A stretch of 64,000 nucleotides of DNA from Batkoa obscura. Its lineage: Eukaryota. Under the pieces are notes generated by a model. It was not told where the DNA came from. It saw only the letters and a program-made list of their open reading frames with translations, and did not search any database. Below, in pieces: positions 1 to 12,079 of the stretch. Position 1 is the stretch's first letter; each line of letters begins with the position of its first letter. The stretch spans positions 930,001-994,000 of the forward strand of contig JASVEC010000011.1 in assembly GCA_030770535.1 (NCBI GenBank), written 5' to 3'. Position numbers and translations under genes: made by a program.

Positions 1-1064
1 AATGTAGTGAAAGATTATTAAACCACTATGACACTTGGGTAACTGAAGATGATATAAAAACAATAGCTAATGCTGGATTAAATCATATACGTATACCTGT
101 TGGATATTGGCAATTTGATATACAAGACAACGAACCTTTTATTTATGGAGGTTGGAAATATTTATTACGTGGTATTCAATGGTGTAGAAAATATGGAATA
201 AGAGTGATGATTGATTTTCACGGTGCACCTGGGTCTCAAAATGGATGGAATCATTCTGGACGACAAGGAGAGATTCGATTTTTAAACAAGAATTACACAG
301 AGTCTCCAGAATATGTTGAAAGGTTTCTTGGTATTGTATTAAATGTAGCAAAATATTTTGATCAAGATGAATTTAGAAATGTAGTCACTCAAATTGGGGT
401 ATTAAATGAACCAGCTATTTATAAAACGGATCAAGCATTAACCTTAGAATTTTATAAAAATAGTTTTAATGAAATAAGAAAAATTAATTCTAATAGAGAT
501 ACTATGCCTTTATTAGTTTATCATGAAGGCTTTCTGGGTTTATCTAAATGGGAAGGTGCAATGCCTTCGGATAAATTTCCTAAAGTGGTTTTAGATTCAC
601 ATAACTATATTATATTTGATCAAAATTTAATAACAAAACCTTTAAATGAAATCAATAACTTTCCTTGTGATGCATGGGTCCAAGATTTCAAAAAATCGAT
701 GACCAATTTTGGTATGACAATGTGTGGGGAGTTCTCCGTAGCTACTAATGACTGTGGTAAATGGTTGAATGGTATAAAGTTAGGATCTCGTTATGATGGT
801 ACCTTTGAATCTGATAAACCAGCTTGCCCAACATGTACATGTAAAGGTAAAGAAGATTATTCAAAGTATAGTCAACAAGATAAAGAATATTTAAAAACAT
901 TTGCTGAAAAACAAATGAGTGCATTTGAATATGGAATTGGTTGGTACTTTTGGAATTTTAAAACGGAGAATCATGTCAATCCAGATTGGGACTACTTTCT
1001 AGGTTTAAAGGAAGGTTGGTTGCCAAAAGACGCTAATAAGAGAACTTATTCTTGTGCTTCTTAA
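1..1064 (+). CDS. Glycoside hydrolase family 5 exo-beta-1,3-glucanase-like (5' truncated by window edge)
   Basis: Frame is open upstream of 204 (HYDTWVTEDDI..AGLNHIRIPVGYW). Motifs DFHGAPGSQNG, LNEP (acid/base Glu), GEFS (nucleophile Glu), GWYFWNFKTE. Confidence 0.92.
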   Translation, partial: CSERLLNHYDTWVTEDDIKTIANAGLNHIRIPVGYWQFDIQDNEPFIYGGWKYLLRGIQWCRKYGIRVMIDFHGAPGSQNGWNHSGRQGEIRFLNKNYTESPEYVERFLGIVLNVAKYFDQDEFRNVVTQIGVLNEPAIYKTDQALTLEFYKNSFNEIRKINSNRDTMPLLVYHEGFLGLSKWEGAMPSDKFPKVVLDSHNYIIFDQNLITKPLNEINNFPCDAWVQDFKKSMTNFGMTMCGEFSVATNDCGKWLNGIKLGSRYDGTFESDKPACPTCTCKGKEDYSKYSQQDKEYLKTFAEKQMSAFEYGIGWYFWNFKTENHVNPDWDYFLGLKEGWLPKDANKRTYSCAS

Positions 1065-1201
1065 AAAATACACATCTTTTTTATATTATCAATAAAGTTA
1101 TATTATTTTGTATCTATTTAAAGCTTGTTTAAAAAACTCTTAGAGAGTAGGAAAGCTTCCAAGCTTTTTTTGTTAAAATAATCATCTATCGGATTAGGAT
1201 A

Positions 1202-1283
1202 CGACACCTGCAGGATTTGAACCTGCGCGGGGAAACCCCATGAGCTTTCTAGGCTCACGCCTTAACCGCTCGGCCAAAGTGTC
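1202..1283 (-). tRNA. tRNA-Ser(AGA)
   Basis: Reverse complement folds as a cloverleaf: GACACTT/AGGTGTC acceptor stem, TGAGC-CTAGAAA-GCTCA anticodon arm, long variable arm, GCAGG-TTCAAAT-CCTGC T arm, G discriminator. Confidence 0.95.
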
Positions 1284-1627
1284 TTATTATAACTTTCCCT
1301 AGTAAGTAAAATATAAACAAAAAACAAACATGAGTATAATACCCTATTATCAAGGAAGGACGAATAATACTATTATCAAATTAATAGTTTAAGATGAAAT
1401 TTAACAATAGAAAACAATCAAGCTATAGTTAAAAGAAGGGCAAGATATAACACATGCTTAAAAAAAGAACAATAAACAAGAGTAATAATTTAATAATACA
1501 AGGTCCATTTTAAATTTCCAAAACAATGAAAGGAGAAATGGAAAAGTTCAAAGAATGAGAGTAAGAAATAGTAAGATAAAGGGAGACTCAATTTTAACAA
1601 ATAGTAACACCAATCTGATGTTTCAAG

Positions 1628-2842
1628 CTATTCTTTTACAACGTTACAATTTTTCTTTTTAATTGGGGAATTGAATAGGATCTCTTCCAATCGAGGTGGA
1701 AGTTGATGATATAATAACCATTCATTATCCAATGTAGAAGCATCATCCTTCTTTACAAGGGTAAACTCTGGTTCCCCATTTACTTTTAGTAATCTTTTGT
1801 TTTGTGTGATTGTCAAAGGCCCATTATTTTGGTTTAATTGGCTACAGGGATTACTTTTAACTTTAGTTGGTGTTGTATAATTAAAAATGTCGGGAACTTT
1901 TTTCACTCGTTGGGAAAAATCTTGTGGTTTTGAACCGAAAATATCTACATCTTGTCGTCTCATTATGGTGGGTGTTTTTATTAATACAGGGTTAAAGCGA
2001 GAGTGGAGGCGTTGTTTTGGCTTGTTATTGAAATCAAACATAGAAGTTAGATTATCTTTACATTCTTTCTTGTTAGGTTGAAATCTCTGATCAGTAGGTA
2101 AGTTGGGTAATAAAGAAGACGGATTATAAGGTCGAAGTAAATAAGGTTGAATTAACTTAATTTGTGGTAAACTATTTAAATTCAATAATATATTTTTTGG
2201 AAAATAAGACTGAAATTTCATAGCATCTATTGAATTTAATTGATAATAATTATAATAAATTAATTTAGCCAAATATCTTACAATTTCATTGTTATCAATT
2301 AAACCTTTTTTTAAATAATTAATTACACTTTCTCTGTATTGTTTGATGTTTTGTTGAGTTAACTTATAAACTATTAAATCTATTAATGAGGATATAAAAC
2401 ATCGAGCTTGGCCATCATATAAACTAAATTTACTTAACAGTATAGTAAAGATTGATGAGTGATTACAATTATTAATTAAAACAGTTAATGTTTGATAACT
2501 TTTTTTATGCAATTCTTTATGTTGCCGTACTAGATATCCTTTTAACCAAGGAACAACTATTGCTATAAAAGGTTCAAATAACTCTTTTGTTATCTCAACA
2601 AATGAAATAATAAAATTACAAACAGCTTTATTAATTGTAAAATGTGAATTATTAAAACTCATTTCTATTATATTTTTCAATTCTATTGTTCGATTTATAA
2701 AATTATTATCAATTGGCTTGTAGTTGGATAAATTGACGGATAAATCAGATAGTATTGTGACACATTGTCGCCATGTTTTTTGATTAATATGTTGATTAAA
2801 TTGTCTATTGACCCTTTTAATAAAAGTATCTAACTCGGACAT
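1628..2842 (-). CDS. CLASP_N/TOG-like HEAT-repeat protein with basic low-complexity C-terminal tail
   Basis: 404-aa intronless ORF. Helical N-terminal ~220 aa with W-R-like start and 'KGLIDNNEIVRYLAKLIY', resembling the last CLASP_N HEAT repeat. Confidence 0.55.
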   Translation of the reverse strand: MSELDTFIKRVNRQFNQHINQKTWRQCVTILSDLSVNLSNYKPIDNNFINRTIELKNIIEMSFNNSHFTINKAVCNFIISFVEITKELFEPFIAIVVPWLKGYLVRQHKELHKKSYQTLTVLINNCNHSSIFTILLSKFSLYDGQARCFISSLIDLIVYKLTQQNIKQYRESVINYLKKGLIDNNEIVRYLAKLIYYNYYQLNSIDAMKFQSYFPKNILLNLNSLPQIKLIQPYLLRPYNPSSLLPNLPTDQRFQPNKKECKDNLTSMFDFNNKPKQRLHSRFNPVLIKTPTIMRRQDVDIFGSKPQDFSQRVKKVPDIFNYTTPTKVKSNPCSQLNQNNGPLTITQNKRLLKVNGEPEFTLVKKDDASTLDNEWLLYHQLPPRLEEILFNSPIKKKNCNVVKE

Positions 2843-3353
2843 GACTAATATTTATAATTATGTTGTATTTTATTTAAATGGTAAATAAGCAAAAAAAGGT
2901 TGTTTATAGACTATTAAAATTCTTATTATTTTTATTCTGAGTTATGTGAGTATCAAATTAAAATTTTGGCTTGAATTTTTAGAACCAATTAGAAACGATC
3001 TAATGAGCCGTGTTTACGAATTCACTCCTAAAGGAAGCCATTATACTTTTCAGTGGACCTATCTTCTTCTCCTAATATTTCTCTCTTGCTATTTTTACTT
3101 TATTAAATCAACTATTAAACTAAAATCAAAGTTAATGCTTAACTTTTAGTAGTTTTATCTATAGAAAAGTGTCAAAGAATACGTTTATTAAAGCGACTTT
3201 CGAGTTTAAAATGAATAAAGAAAAATCAGATTGTTACTAATAACACAAATAATGGGACAAAGGAAGTTCCACTTTAAAATTTAAAAAAAAATTATAATAA
3301 ATGTATTTTATTATAATAAAAATACTAATAAATATTGTAAATTGAATATTGAT

Positions 3354-4682
3354 TTACTCTAACTTAAGCCAATTTACCATTGGATTTCTTATAATATCAT
3401 TATAAGGTCCATCATCTCTATTAGGAGCAATAAAAAATAGCGGAGTATCATATTTATAATTAATATTCTCATCTATTTTTATAATAGCAAAATTGTTAAT
3501 AATAACAATTTCAAGGTTTGAAAATATAGATAAAAAACATTTGAATGTTTCAAGTGACTCATGTAAACCTTCAATTTCAATTTTTTTTATAAATTTACAT
3601 TTATTGATTTTACTATCAACAATAGAATCAATAAATAATTCTCTAGCTTTAATATCAAATTTCTCAATATAAATTTTATGAACATTCGGTAGTAGTGATA
3701 TAAAATTTAATAATTCAATTGATAATTTTTTAATATAAATTTCTTTTAAAGTGGTTAGTTTCATGAACTCATTAAATTGTGCTTTTGAATTAAGGTGACC
3801 TAAAGTAATAACATTACTATCCTGTATCAATTTCATATCACTAATGCCACTATCATCTACTTCAAAAAGATTACCTGAAAAATCCACTAATTCAATACTC
3901 TTCAATTTCTTTAAATTTCCAAAACAAGCAATATCAAAGTCATTAAATTCTCCACGAACTTGTAATTTTAAATTAGAAATAAAATTGAAGTTAGGGTTAA
4001 ACTCAGTTGGAGTAGCAATAATATCAGTAGTCTCCATCTGTAATAACTTTAACTTAGTGAACTCAATTTTAATTCTATCTAATCCATCAAGGTCTAAATA
4101 ATCAAAGGAATACAGTTTAAAGGACTGTAATTTAGTCGGGTTGAGATATTGAACTACATCTTTAATTATTATATCATCCCCGATGATTTCAAATGTATCA
4201 ATTTGATTCAAATAATCTTTAAATAATCCTAATGATTCTAGATAATAAATCGAACTTATTGATATCTTCCTTAAGTTTGGTAGTTTAATTTTTATTATTA
4301 ATTTATTGTCCTTTTTGTCATTATTACTACCATTGTTATTTTTATCCTCATTATCGTTATTATCGTCCTCATTAAAATTACCAAACTGTCTTTCATAAGC
4401 TAATGAAATCAAGTTTGGACAAATATTAACAATATCAAAATCAGTATTCCCAATATTAATATGCTTCATCAAAGAACCATTATTCTTAATAAATTTCTGT
4501 TGATAGTTAATATATTTACCAACATAATAAACTGAATAAGTTAAATTATATTTGATAACATAATTGATAACTTTAAACAAATATTTGTTTAAAAATCTAT
4601 AATTGAATAATTCTTCTGAGTTGAACTGTTTGAAGATGGCTTCTAATAGGATATCTGGTAATTCATCGAACTTCAATGGCAT
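3354..4682 (-). CDS. F-box / LRR-like (RNI-like) protein
   Basis: N-terminal F-box pattern KFDELPDILLEAIFKQF..FRFLNK, followed by LxxLxxI-type repeats; intronless, 442 aa. Confidence 0.8.
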   Translation of the reverse strand: MPLKFDELPDILLEAIFKQFNSEELFNYRFLNKYLFKVINYVIKYNLTYSVYYVGKYINYQQKFIKNNGSLMKHINIGNTDFDIVNICPNLISLAYERQFGNFNEDDNNDNEDKNNNGSNNDKKDNKLIIKIKLPNLRKISISSIYYLESLGLFKDYLNQIDTFEIIGDDIIIKDVVQYLNPTKLQSFKLYSFDYLDLDGLDRIKIEFTKLKLLQMETTDIIATPTEFNPNFNFISNLKLQVRGEFNDFDIACFGNLKKLKSIELVDFSGNLFEVDDSGISDMKLIQDSNVITLGHLNSKAQFNEFMKLTTLKEIYIKKLSIELLNFISLLPNVHKIYIEKFDIKARELFIDSIVDSKINKCKFIKKIEIEGLHESLETFKCFLSIFSNLEIVIINNFAIIKIDENINYKYDTPLFFIAPNRDDGPYNDIIRNPMVNWLKLE

Positions 4683-5500
4683 ATTGAAATTCTATTGAAA
4701 AAGAAAGAAAGTTGATATTCTTTTTTTATATTTGAATTGTTTTTGAAGTAAAATATTGATAAATTATTGCAGAATTTAATCTCATTTGTAGAATAAACAC
4801 GATTTTTTTTCAAAAATTGAAATTATCCAATAATTCTTTTTAAAATGAAAATAGGTTTCAATTTTTGAAACAAATCTAAAAAAGGAAACTTAAATTCAAA
4901 TTAAATAAATGGGCTATATTTTTAAAAAAATCATATTAACTACATAAATTTAAAATTGGATTAAAATAAAATCATTTTTTACAAAACAGTAATCAATATT
5001 AGATAAAGAAATGGGAAATATCATTAATAACTACTTTTGATTTTCTTTATACAAAAAATTTAGATATTCAGCTTACAAATATAGCTAATCGTACTTAATA
5101 TAGTAAAATTAATATTTATAGTACATTAACTATTAATTATTTTATATACTAGTCAAGCATATTATAGTATACTTTAATTCAATTTTCTCTAAATTTATTG
5201 TGTTTACATGCATATATAATAAAATATTTTTTATGCTGAAAGTTACTAATATCATTAGAATCCTAGTCTTTATTTTTCAATAAAAACAAACTCACTTTAT
5301 TATAATTAACCCATTAAAAAGACATATTAATAAAACATTTAAATATGATATTTTAAATCGTATTGAAACAAAAAAAACTAGCTATTTATTTTAATATGAC
5401 AAAAGGTTATATTATATAACTGGTTTTAAATAATTTTTTATGCTATTAAACTTTGTAGAATTTTATAAAATTTTCAACTATCAAAATATTTTTTATTAAC

Positions 5501-6490
5501 TTATCTAACATATTGTTGAATCCATTGAGAATAAGTATTAACACGAGCAAACACAGAAGGGAAGTCAGGATTAAGACATCTTAAATCTTTAACAAAGGAA
5601 GTGACACCAATAATAGTATTTCCGATCACAAGCGGGCCTCCAGAATCACCTTGACAAACAGCCGAACGACCTTCACGATAACCAGCACATAAATGATGAG
5701 ATTTAGATAAACCTTGATAAGCAGCATTACAAGAATCAAAAGAATAGATGGGAAGGTTAGCTTCTTGAAGTTGGGAAGCTAACCTTTGTTGATCATTTGG
5801 ATCCACTCTACCCCAACCTGCAAACCGTGTGGAACTACCTTCACGATCCCCTGTATTTTGTGTATCAATTTGATAGAAATTACGTCCACTAACTGGGGTT
5901 GCTAATTTCCAAATAGCAACATCATATTGAATATAACCGCCAGAGCTATAATTGGGATGTTTAATGATTTGACTTACTCGATGTTCGGTATATGGACCAT
6001 CTGGACCATTTTGAGCTTGACCTTGGCCTTGTTGTGGTTGTTGTGGTTGCTGTTGCTCTTCTTGTGGCCATCCTGGTTGTTGTTGTTGCTGCTCTTCTTC
6101 TTGTGGCCACCATGGCTGTTGTTGTTCACCACCCCACCATGGTTGTTCTACCTCTTGTTCACCACCCCACCATTGACGTCTTTGAAGGTTTCCGCCACCA
6201 TATGCCCAAACAGAAACAGAATTTGGAGAAACTTCGGAACAATGAGAAGCTGTTAATACAGTATTAGCATTGAGAAGAGCACCACCACAGGAATGCCCAC
6301 CATTAACACGTAATGAAACTAAGGATGGATAGTTGGCCCATGAACCAGTAGAGCCATTGATAATTCTACTAGTTGGAGCATCATCGGATTTTGTGGAGTT
6401 TTTATCGGCTGGTGCAGCTTGTGTTGAAGTAGCTAAAGTAGCTATCAAAAAGAGCTCAAATGCTTTGATTAAGATATCCTTTCGTGCCAT
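5501..6490 (-). CDS. Secreted S1A (trypsin-fold) serine protease with Q/W-rich insert
   Basis: Signal peptide, activation site R|IING, TASHC (His), YDVAIWKL (Asp), GDSGGP (Ser). Confidence 0.95.
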   Translation of the reverse strand: MARKDILIKAFELFLIATLATSTQAAPADKNSTKSDDAPTSRIINGSTGSWANYPSLVSLRVNGGHSCGGALLNANTVLTASHCSEVSPNSVSVWAYGGGNLQRRQWWGGEQEVEQPWWGGEQQQPWWPQEEEQQQQQPGWPQEEQQQPQQPQQGQGQAQNGPDGPYTEHRVSQIIKHPNYSSGGYIQYDVAIWKLATPVSGRNFYQIDTQNTGDREGSSTRFAGWGRVDPNDQQRLASQLQEANLPIYSFDSCNAAYQGLSKSHHLCAGYREGRSAVCQGDSGGPLVIGNTIIGVTSFVKDLRCLNPDFPSVFARVNTYSQWIQQYVR

Positions 6491-7340
6491 TTCAATTTAG
6501 TATCAAACTTAACTGTGTAACGATTACAGTTGCGCATCCTTCCCTTATATACTGTTTATGATCCCACCTTTACATAATATTAGATGTTGTCATTTTGTAT
6601 TTATTATAAAGTAATGTGTATATTCGTAAGCAGTTCCAGATCCAATGAAGATTCTTCCAAAAATGTATTTAAAGTTTAATTAAAAAAACAATGGTAGCAA
6701 GATTTATTAAATCAGGGACTTTTTAAAAAGGAGTAAAAAAATAATAGTAAGAAAACAATATTAAAAAAGATACCAGGGCGCCAATAATAAATTAATAAAG
6801 TATATATTAACAGTGAAGAATAAAATGAAGGCTTAATTACTTATTTACCAGGTTAAGTAGTTCTATCTTATTAAACTTTTTATTTATTTTGATTTAAATG
6901 TAAAGAATATTAATGCGACGACTCAACTTAAATTGGATTTACTTTTTTGGTTTTTCATTTGATTTTATAAATTTTTAATGAGTCGAAATTAGAAAATATT
7001 ATTTCAAACTTTAGGCTAGCTTTTAAACTATTCATATTTAAATGATTACATGAGTTTAAAGAAATTAATAAAATATCTAAACTCAATCATTTATGTTATT
7101 TCGTATTATGTTTATTATTTTAATATATCTTTAAAAATATTAAATCATAAAAATTCAATTAATTTACTTTTGTAAAAACAACACCACTAATTTAATAGAA
7201 TAATTTTAAATATAATTTAAAATAAAATTTACCAAAGTTATACGACATTTAATAGATAAAATTAACAATTTGAGTAAAAACGTCTTATCTATAGTGCAAA
7301 AAGTAACACTATGTTTTAACAAAGCTAAGTTTGCTAATAA

Positions 7341-7375
7341 TAAATAAAATAAAATAAAATAAAATAAAATAAAAT
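7341..7375. repeat. (TAAAA)n microsatellite
   Basis: Tandem taaaa units seen directly. Confidence 0.8.
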
Positions 7376-7565
7376 AGTTATTATGATAATAGTTCTAAAA
7401 ATAATTAAAATTTATTTTCAGCTAACTTGAGTTTCGCAATATTAACAATTTATAAATTAGCCTTTTAACAATGTTAAAAATAATTAAAAAAAGTTATTTC
7501 TATCTACAATTAAGTTGTATTGCTATTTTATGTATGAAAATTTAAATTAATAAATAAAAAGATAT

Positions 7566-7662
7566 GAGGATGTATTTTTTTGTTTAAGAATTTTACTAAC
7601 AATTTTTCCACTCAAATAGCACTTAGAAAATGGAAAAGTGATGAAGCCAAAAAAACACCCCC
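7566..7662 (+). mobile_element. ~97-bp MITE copy 1
   Basis: GAGGATGT...ACACCCCC termini, ATAT on both sides, internal consensus shared with the other copies. Confidence 0.85.
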
Positions 7663-8107
7663 ATATTATTATTCATTAAAATAACTTTTAAAAAATAATC
7701 TAACTTATACAAGCGTTGCTAATTAATATACAAGTTAATAAACTTAATATTTTAAATATCAGTACACTATGTTTAACATGTGTTTCCACTTTCTCTAAAA
7801 AAGTTCTTCTTAGCAGTAAAACAGTATGAAGCCTTAGTTTTCTTTAATACCTTAAAAACTAAATTCAGTCATTTAAAGGTTTATGGAAGTGGTACAGGAA
7901 TAAAAAGGTAAGTAATTAATAGAAGATACTCTAGTTCAAGAGATCCTGCTTTATATTAGACTAAATTCAACAAAGCTCAATTTGATTTAGTTTGTAAACA
8001 TATCACTTATACAAAAAAAGTAAACATAAGGAATGACCATATATATTTTTAGGAATTCTACTAAACATTTTTCCACTTGATAGCATCTAAAAAAATACGA
8101 TAAATCA

Positions 8108-8180
8108 CACTCCCTGCGGGACTCGAACCCGCAATCCTCAGATTAGAAGTCTGATGCCTTATCCATTGGGCCAAGGGAGC
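8108..8180 (-). tRNA. tRNA-Arg(TCT)
   Basis: Reverse complement: GCTCCCT/AGGGAGT acceptor stem, TCAGA-CTTCTAA-TCTGA anticodon arm, GCGGG-TTCGAGT-CCCGC T arm. Confidence 0.95.
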
Positions 8181-9210
8181 TGCTGTACATCAACAACTTA
8201 TTAAAAAATTATATAAATAACTAAACAAGAAATTGAACAAGGCATTAGGAAATGGCAAACTACTTTTTGATTTTTGAAACTTACAAAATAAAGTTTTGTT
8301 TTTAGTTTTTAATTTTTGCTCTAAATAACATTTAAAAAGTAAGATGACAGCTTTTAAAAGTTATTATTCAAGTTTATTATTGATTTTATAATTTACTTAT
8401 TGGGTATTTCTATTGATTCAATAATTATTTTTATACAAAGTTACATTAAAACATTAGATTTTATCTGATATTCATTACAATATCCTTATAATTTAATAGG
8501 AATATTGCCATTAAAGTATGGACTTATGTAACTTAGTGTTTAAAGATTAAATGGACTCAGTAAAATTTATAAAATATAAACATCTTTTTGCCTAAATATC
8601 ATATTTTATTAATCAATTGGAGTGTATTAAGGTAATAGCTTAACTCAATCAAGTAAAAGCTATTGGGATGTGACTGCTTCGTATGACCTTATGGATGATA
8701 TATTTAGTAATTTCTAGAATGGAGAAAACTGGTGAGAGTATATTTTATTATCTGATTTTAACAATGAAATGGCCAAATAACCAAATATGATTGGTATGTT
8801 GCATCGTTTGAGTGCCTAATTGCTATTTAATTATGAACAAAAATATTAATAGATTTTTCTAGCTGTAACAAGAATGACTCATGGATTATAAAGATTTGTT
8901 AAATTAGCGTTACTTTGCTTTATTCTATACCAAATTCTAAAGTGTTATTGGCTAATTTCGATGAAACTTTAGGTAATAAAGGCTTTTGATATGCTAAAAG
9001 AAGATTTGGAATACAAAATATAGTTCTAACGTTGATTATGCTGAGTATTATGGACACCACCAAAAAATATCGATGGAATCTAATTCGTTGAATTAGATTT
9101 GAGTTATCATATATAAAGACGTGACTTTTTATTTTTATCATTATTTTCAACTTTTATCAAATACAAACACCAATACATCGAACAATTGAATTTTAATAAC
9201 TATTAATAAA

Positions 9211-9585
9211 ATGATAGAAAGGGAAAAGTATTTAAAAGAAACAAAGATTAAACAAGCGAATTTGTCACTTGTCGTTGAACAACGTAAACAAGAAAACCGA
9301 AAAAAAATTGATCATGCTAACCGAGAGCTCCATCAGAGCAAACCTAATGAGTCTAAATATTCCAAAAAAAGATCTGTATCTTTTGATTTATCTAAAAATC
9401 AAATCCAAGTATTACCATCCATGAAAGCTATTAAGAGTACCATTAAACACATGGAAGAAGTCAATATGTCAGAACATGCTAACTTTTCTACTTTATCTTT
9501 GACTGTAAAGCCTTCCTCTATAATCCCTGGCTCCTCTTGCTTACCAAAGTCATCCGCTCTTAAGCCGATGAATTTGATTTTCTAA
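9211..9585 (+). CDS. Hypothetical basic protein (coiled-coil N-terminus, RVxF-like KRSVSF motif)
   Basis: 124-aa ORF with AAAATG start context and coding-like composition; no family recognised. Confidence 0.5.
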   Translation: MIEREKYLKETKIKQANLSLVVEQRKQENRKKIDHANRELHQSKPNESKYSKKRSVSFDLSKNQIQVLPSMKAIKSTIKHMEEVNMSEHANFSTLSLTVKPSSIIPGSSCLPKSSALKPMNLIF

Positions 9586-10361
9586 GACTGGCTCCTTCCT
9601 TTTAATTGTTAAAAAAGGAAGGGCAAACTTGGTTGTAAGTAATAAAGACTTATTATAAAACATTACTTTTGTTTATTTAAAGTATTAACTATTTGCTTTA
9701 TTGCTGAAACTATAATTATTTTTGGGGTAATATTTTATGGTTTATCAGGTACAATATTTAACGCTAACCGGTATCTACACCCAATAGATTTAAAGTTACA
9801 GTTTTTAAGAAAATTTAGATAATTAAAGTGCTATTGTTATAATTATATTATAATCAGTTGTATTATAAAGGGGTATATAATTGTTAGTTAAAGCAGTTAA
9901 GAAACACTTTTACAATTTAGTTTGTGTTAGAGCTATGTTTAAAGGAGGTTATAACAAAAGAGATTTCTTACGATTAAATTTTTAATGGTATACTATTTTA
10001 ACAAGTTTTTTGTTCGAACAACTTTAATTGGGAACTAATAAATTTCCCGCTCCTATTCTGTAAATATATTTTACCTGTTTTTTATTTTCAAAATAGTTTC
10101 AAATAGCAGTACTATATTCTTTAGATAAACATATATATTCATTTATTTTACTCCCATTTCTAATATTTGGTTGTCTGTACACTTTGTATTTTTAATAAAC
10201 TTTGATTATAATGTTATAACTTGGCCATCTAATTTAAATTTAAGTTTAAACTTTTAGCTACATACAAAAATGGTATTTTAGAGTTATTTATTTGAATGAT
10301 AATTGTTTTCATTTTTACTAAATTATTAAATCAATTCTTAAACAGCATCAATTTAATTAAC

Positions 10362-11997
10362 ATGCTAAGCAAAGAAGAACTAGACCAAATGTTACTACAT
10401 ATGAAGGACCATGTGGACTGGGGATATGGAGAAGACCCACTTAAGATTATTCAAGAGAGTTTGAAGACTCATTTTAACTGGAAACTTTGGCTCGATTTGA
10501 TCAAACAATTCATTCCAAATATTCACTTAAAGTTAAAAGATTTATATCTGCCAGACATTCACCAAAATGGTGATATTTTTGAACTTGAGTTAAAAAACAT
10601 ATTTTTAAAAGAGCTTTTCTTTGATACTAGAAATGTGGACGTCGCTTTTAAGGATGATAAAGATAACCGCAAACGGCTAATATTTAAATTGTAAGAAAAT
10701 AATCCTATTTAAAATACTGACTAAAGTTTTAAAAGTGATGATATACGGCTAACTGCATTAAACATTGAGTTTAATTTTGATAAAAAGAGTGGTATTCCAC
10801 GTTTTAAAGAGGTATTTTAATTTAATATACAAAGTATTTCTCAATTTTTAGAGTGGTAAACTAGATATTATACTGCCCGAAAAAGGCCTAGCAATTGAAA
10901 TGATATTAGAACTTGAGCCGGATTTACCATTAATTTTACATCAAATCAAAAACTTTGTATTAGATGATAAGGAGCCTTATTCTCCAGGTTTGGGTAATGG
11001 TGTGGATGAAGATTTGTTTGGAAAGATCCTTGATATGCAATGGGAAACAAAAGACGAAAAAGACATAAAGGAAGATTTGATAAAACCAGAGGACTTGGAA
11101 AAGGTAGATGATTTTTCAGACATATTTTCCGAGAATGTTTTTGAAGAAAATAGTACAAATCAAGAAGTAATTATTGATAAAGTAGAGGAAAATTGGGTAG
11201 GCGATTTAACTTTACTAAAGCCTCAGGATATAAACAAAAGCGATGAAAAGGGTCAGTTAGAAAGCAATAGCGCAAATAAGGAGATCGAAAATATATTGAG
11301 TGTTTTAGAAAATGAAGAGAAAAAAGTAAAAGATGCGCCAAGTTTTTGGGCTTGGTTAAAAGGTGACATCGAGGTTGATATGGATTCAAATGAGAGATCT
11401 AATGGGGAGAGCAAAAATCAAAATGATAAAGAAAATATTATTACAAGTGAAAATGACAGTAAAAGTAATACTATGTTGGAATCAAATCAGGCTGTTTCTG
11501 AACAATTGAATGTAAAAGATTTAATAAAAGAAGATGGAAAAATATCTTCGTCTTCAACAAGTATATCAAGTTGTAAAATGAGAGTAGGTTCAATAAAATC
11601 AACGACAACAGGTAGTGAAAATATAAAGAATCCTCAAGTTACTGACCAAAAAGAGCAAAATTCATCATTAAATCAAATGGTATCTTCAGTTGAGATTATA
11701 CCGAAAGTATACCAAGTTAAAGCAAAGTTACATGCGACAAAAAGAGAGTAAATAATACAATACCACTAATTTTACATAGCTAATTAAATAATTATAGTAA
11801 ATTATATAGGTTTTTAACTCCACTCATAAACCATTTGTTAAAGAGGCATTTACAAAATAGTATACATCAAGTTATACAGGTAACTTTGTTATTAACTAAA
11901 TCTAAATATAATCTAAATTCTTAAGAAATCTATAAAACTATGGTTAAATCAAGTTATGGCTATGGCATATCAAAAATTTCAAACTGTTATGAAATAA
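10362..11997 (+). CDS. HAM1-like / DUF4449-type protein, multi-exon
   Basis: Splicing links ORFs 10296 and 10900 through DDIRLTALNIEFNFDKKSGIPRFKESGKLDIILPEKGL; ends KLYRFLTPLINHLLKRHLQ...KFQTVMK*. The pattern resembles the HAM1-like C-terminal domain. Confidence 0.55.
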
Positions 11998-12079
11998 TTT
12001 AATTTATAAATAAAAAATTGATATTGTTGTTATTATTATTAAATCCTCTTGCTTTTATTACTAGCACTAAAAACTCAAG

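Noticed and set aside
5927..6267. Leu-rich and Val-rich ORFs on the + strand
   Set aside because: Antisense shadows of the CAA/Gln repeat in the protease gene.
8640..9150. Coding-looking fragments and the 76-aa minus ORF
   Set aside because: Frequent stops and no recognisable family or consistent splice model.
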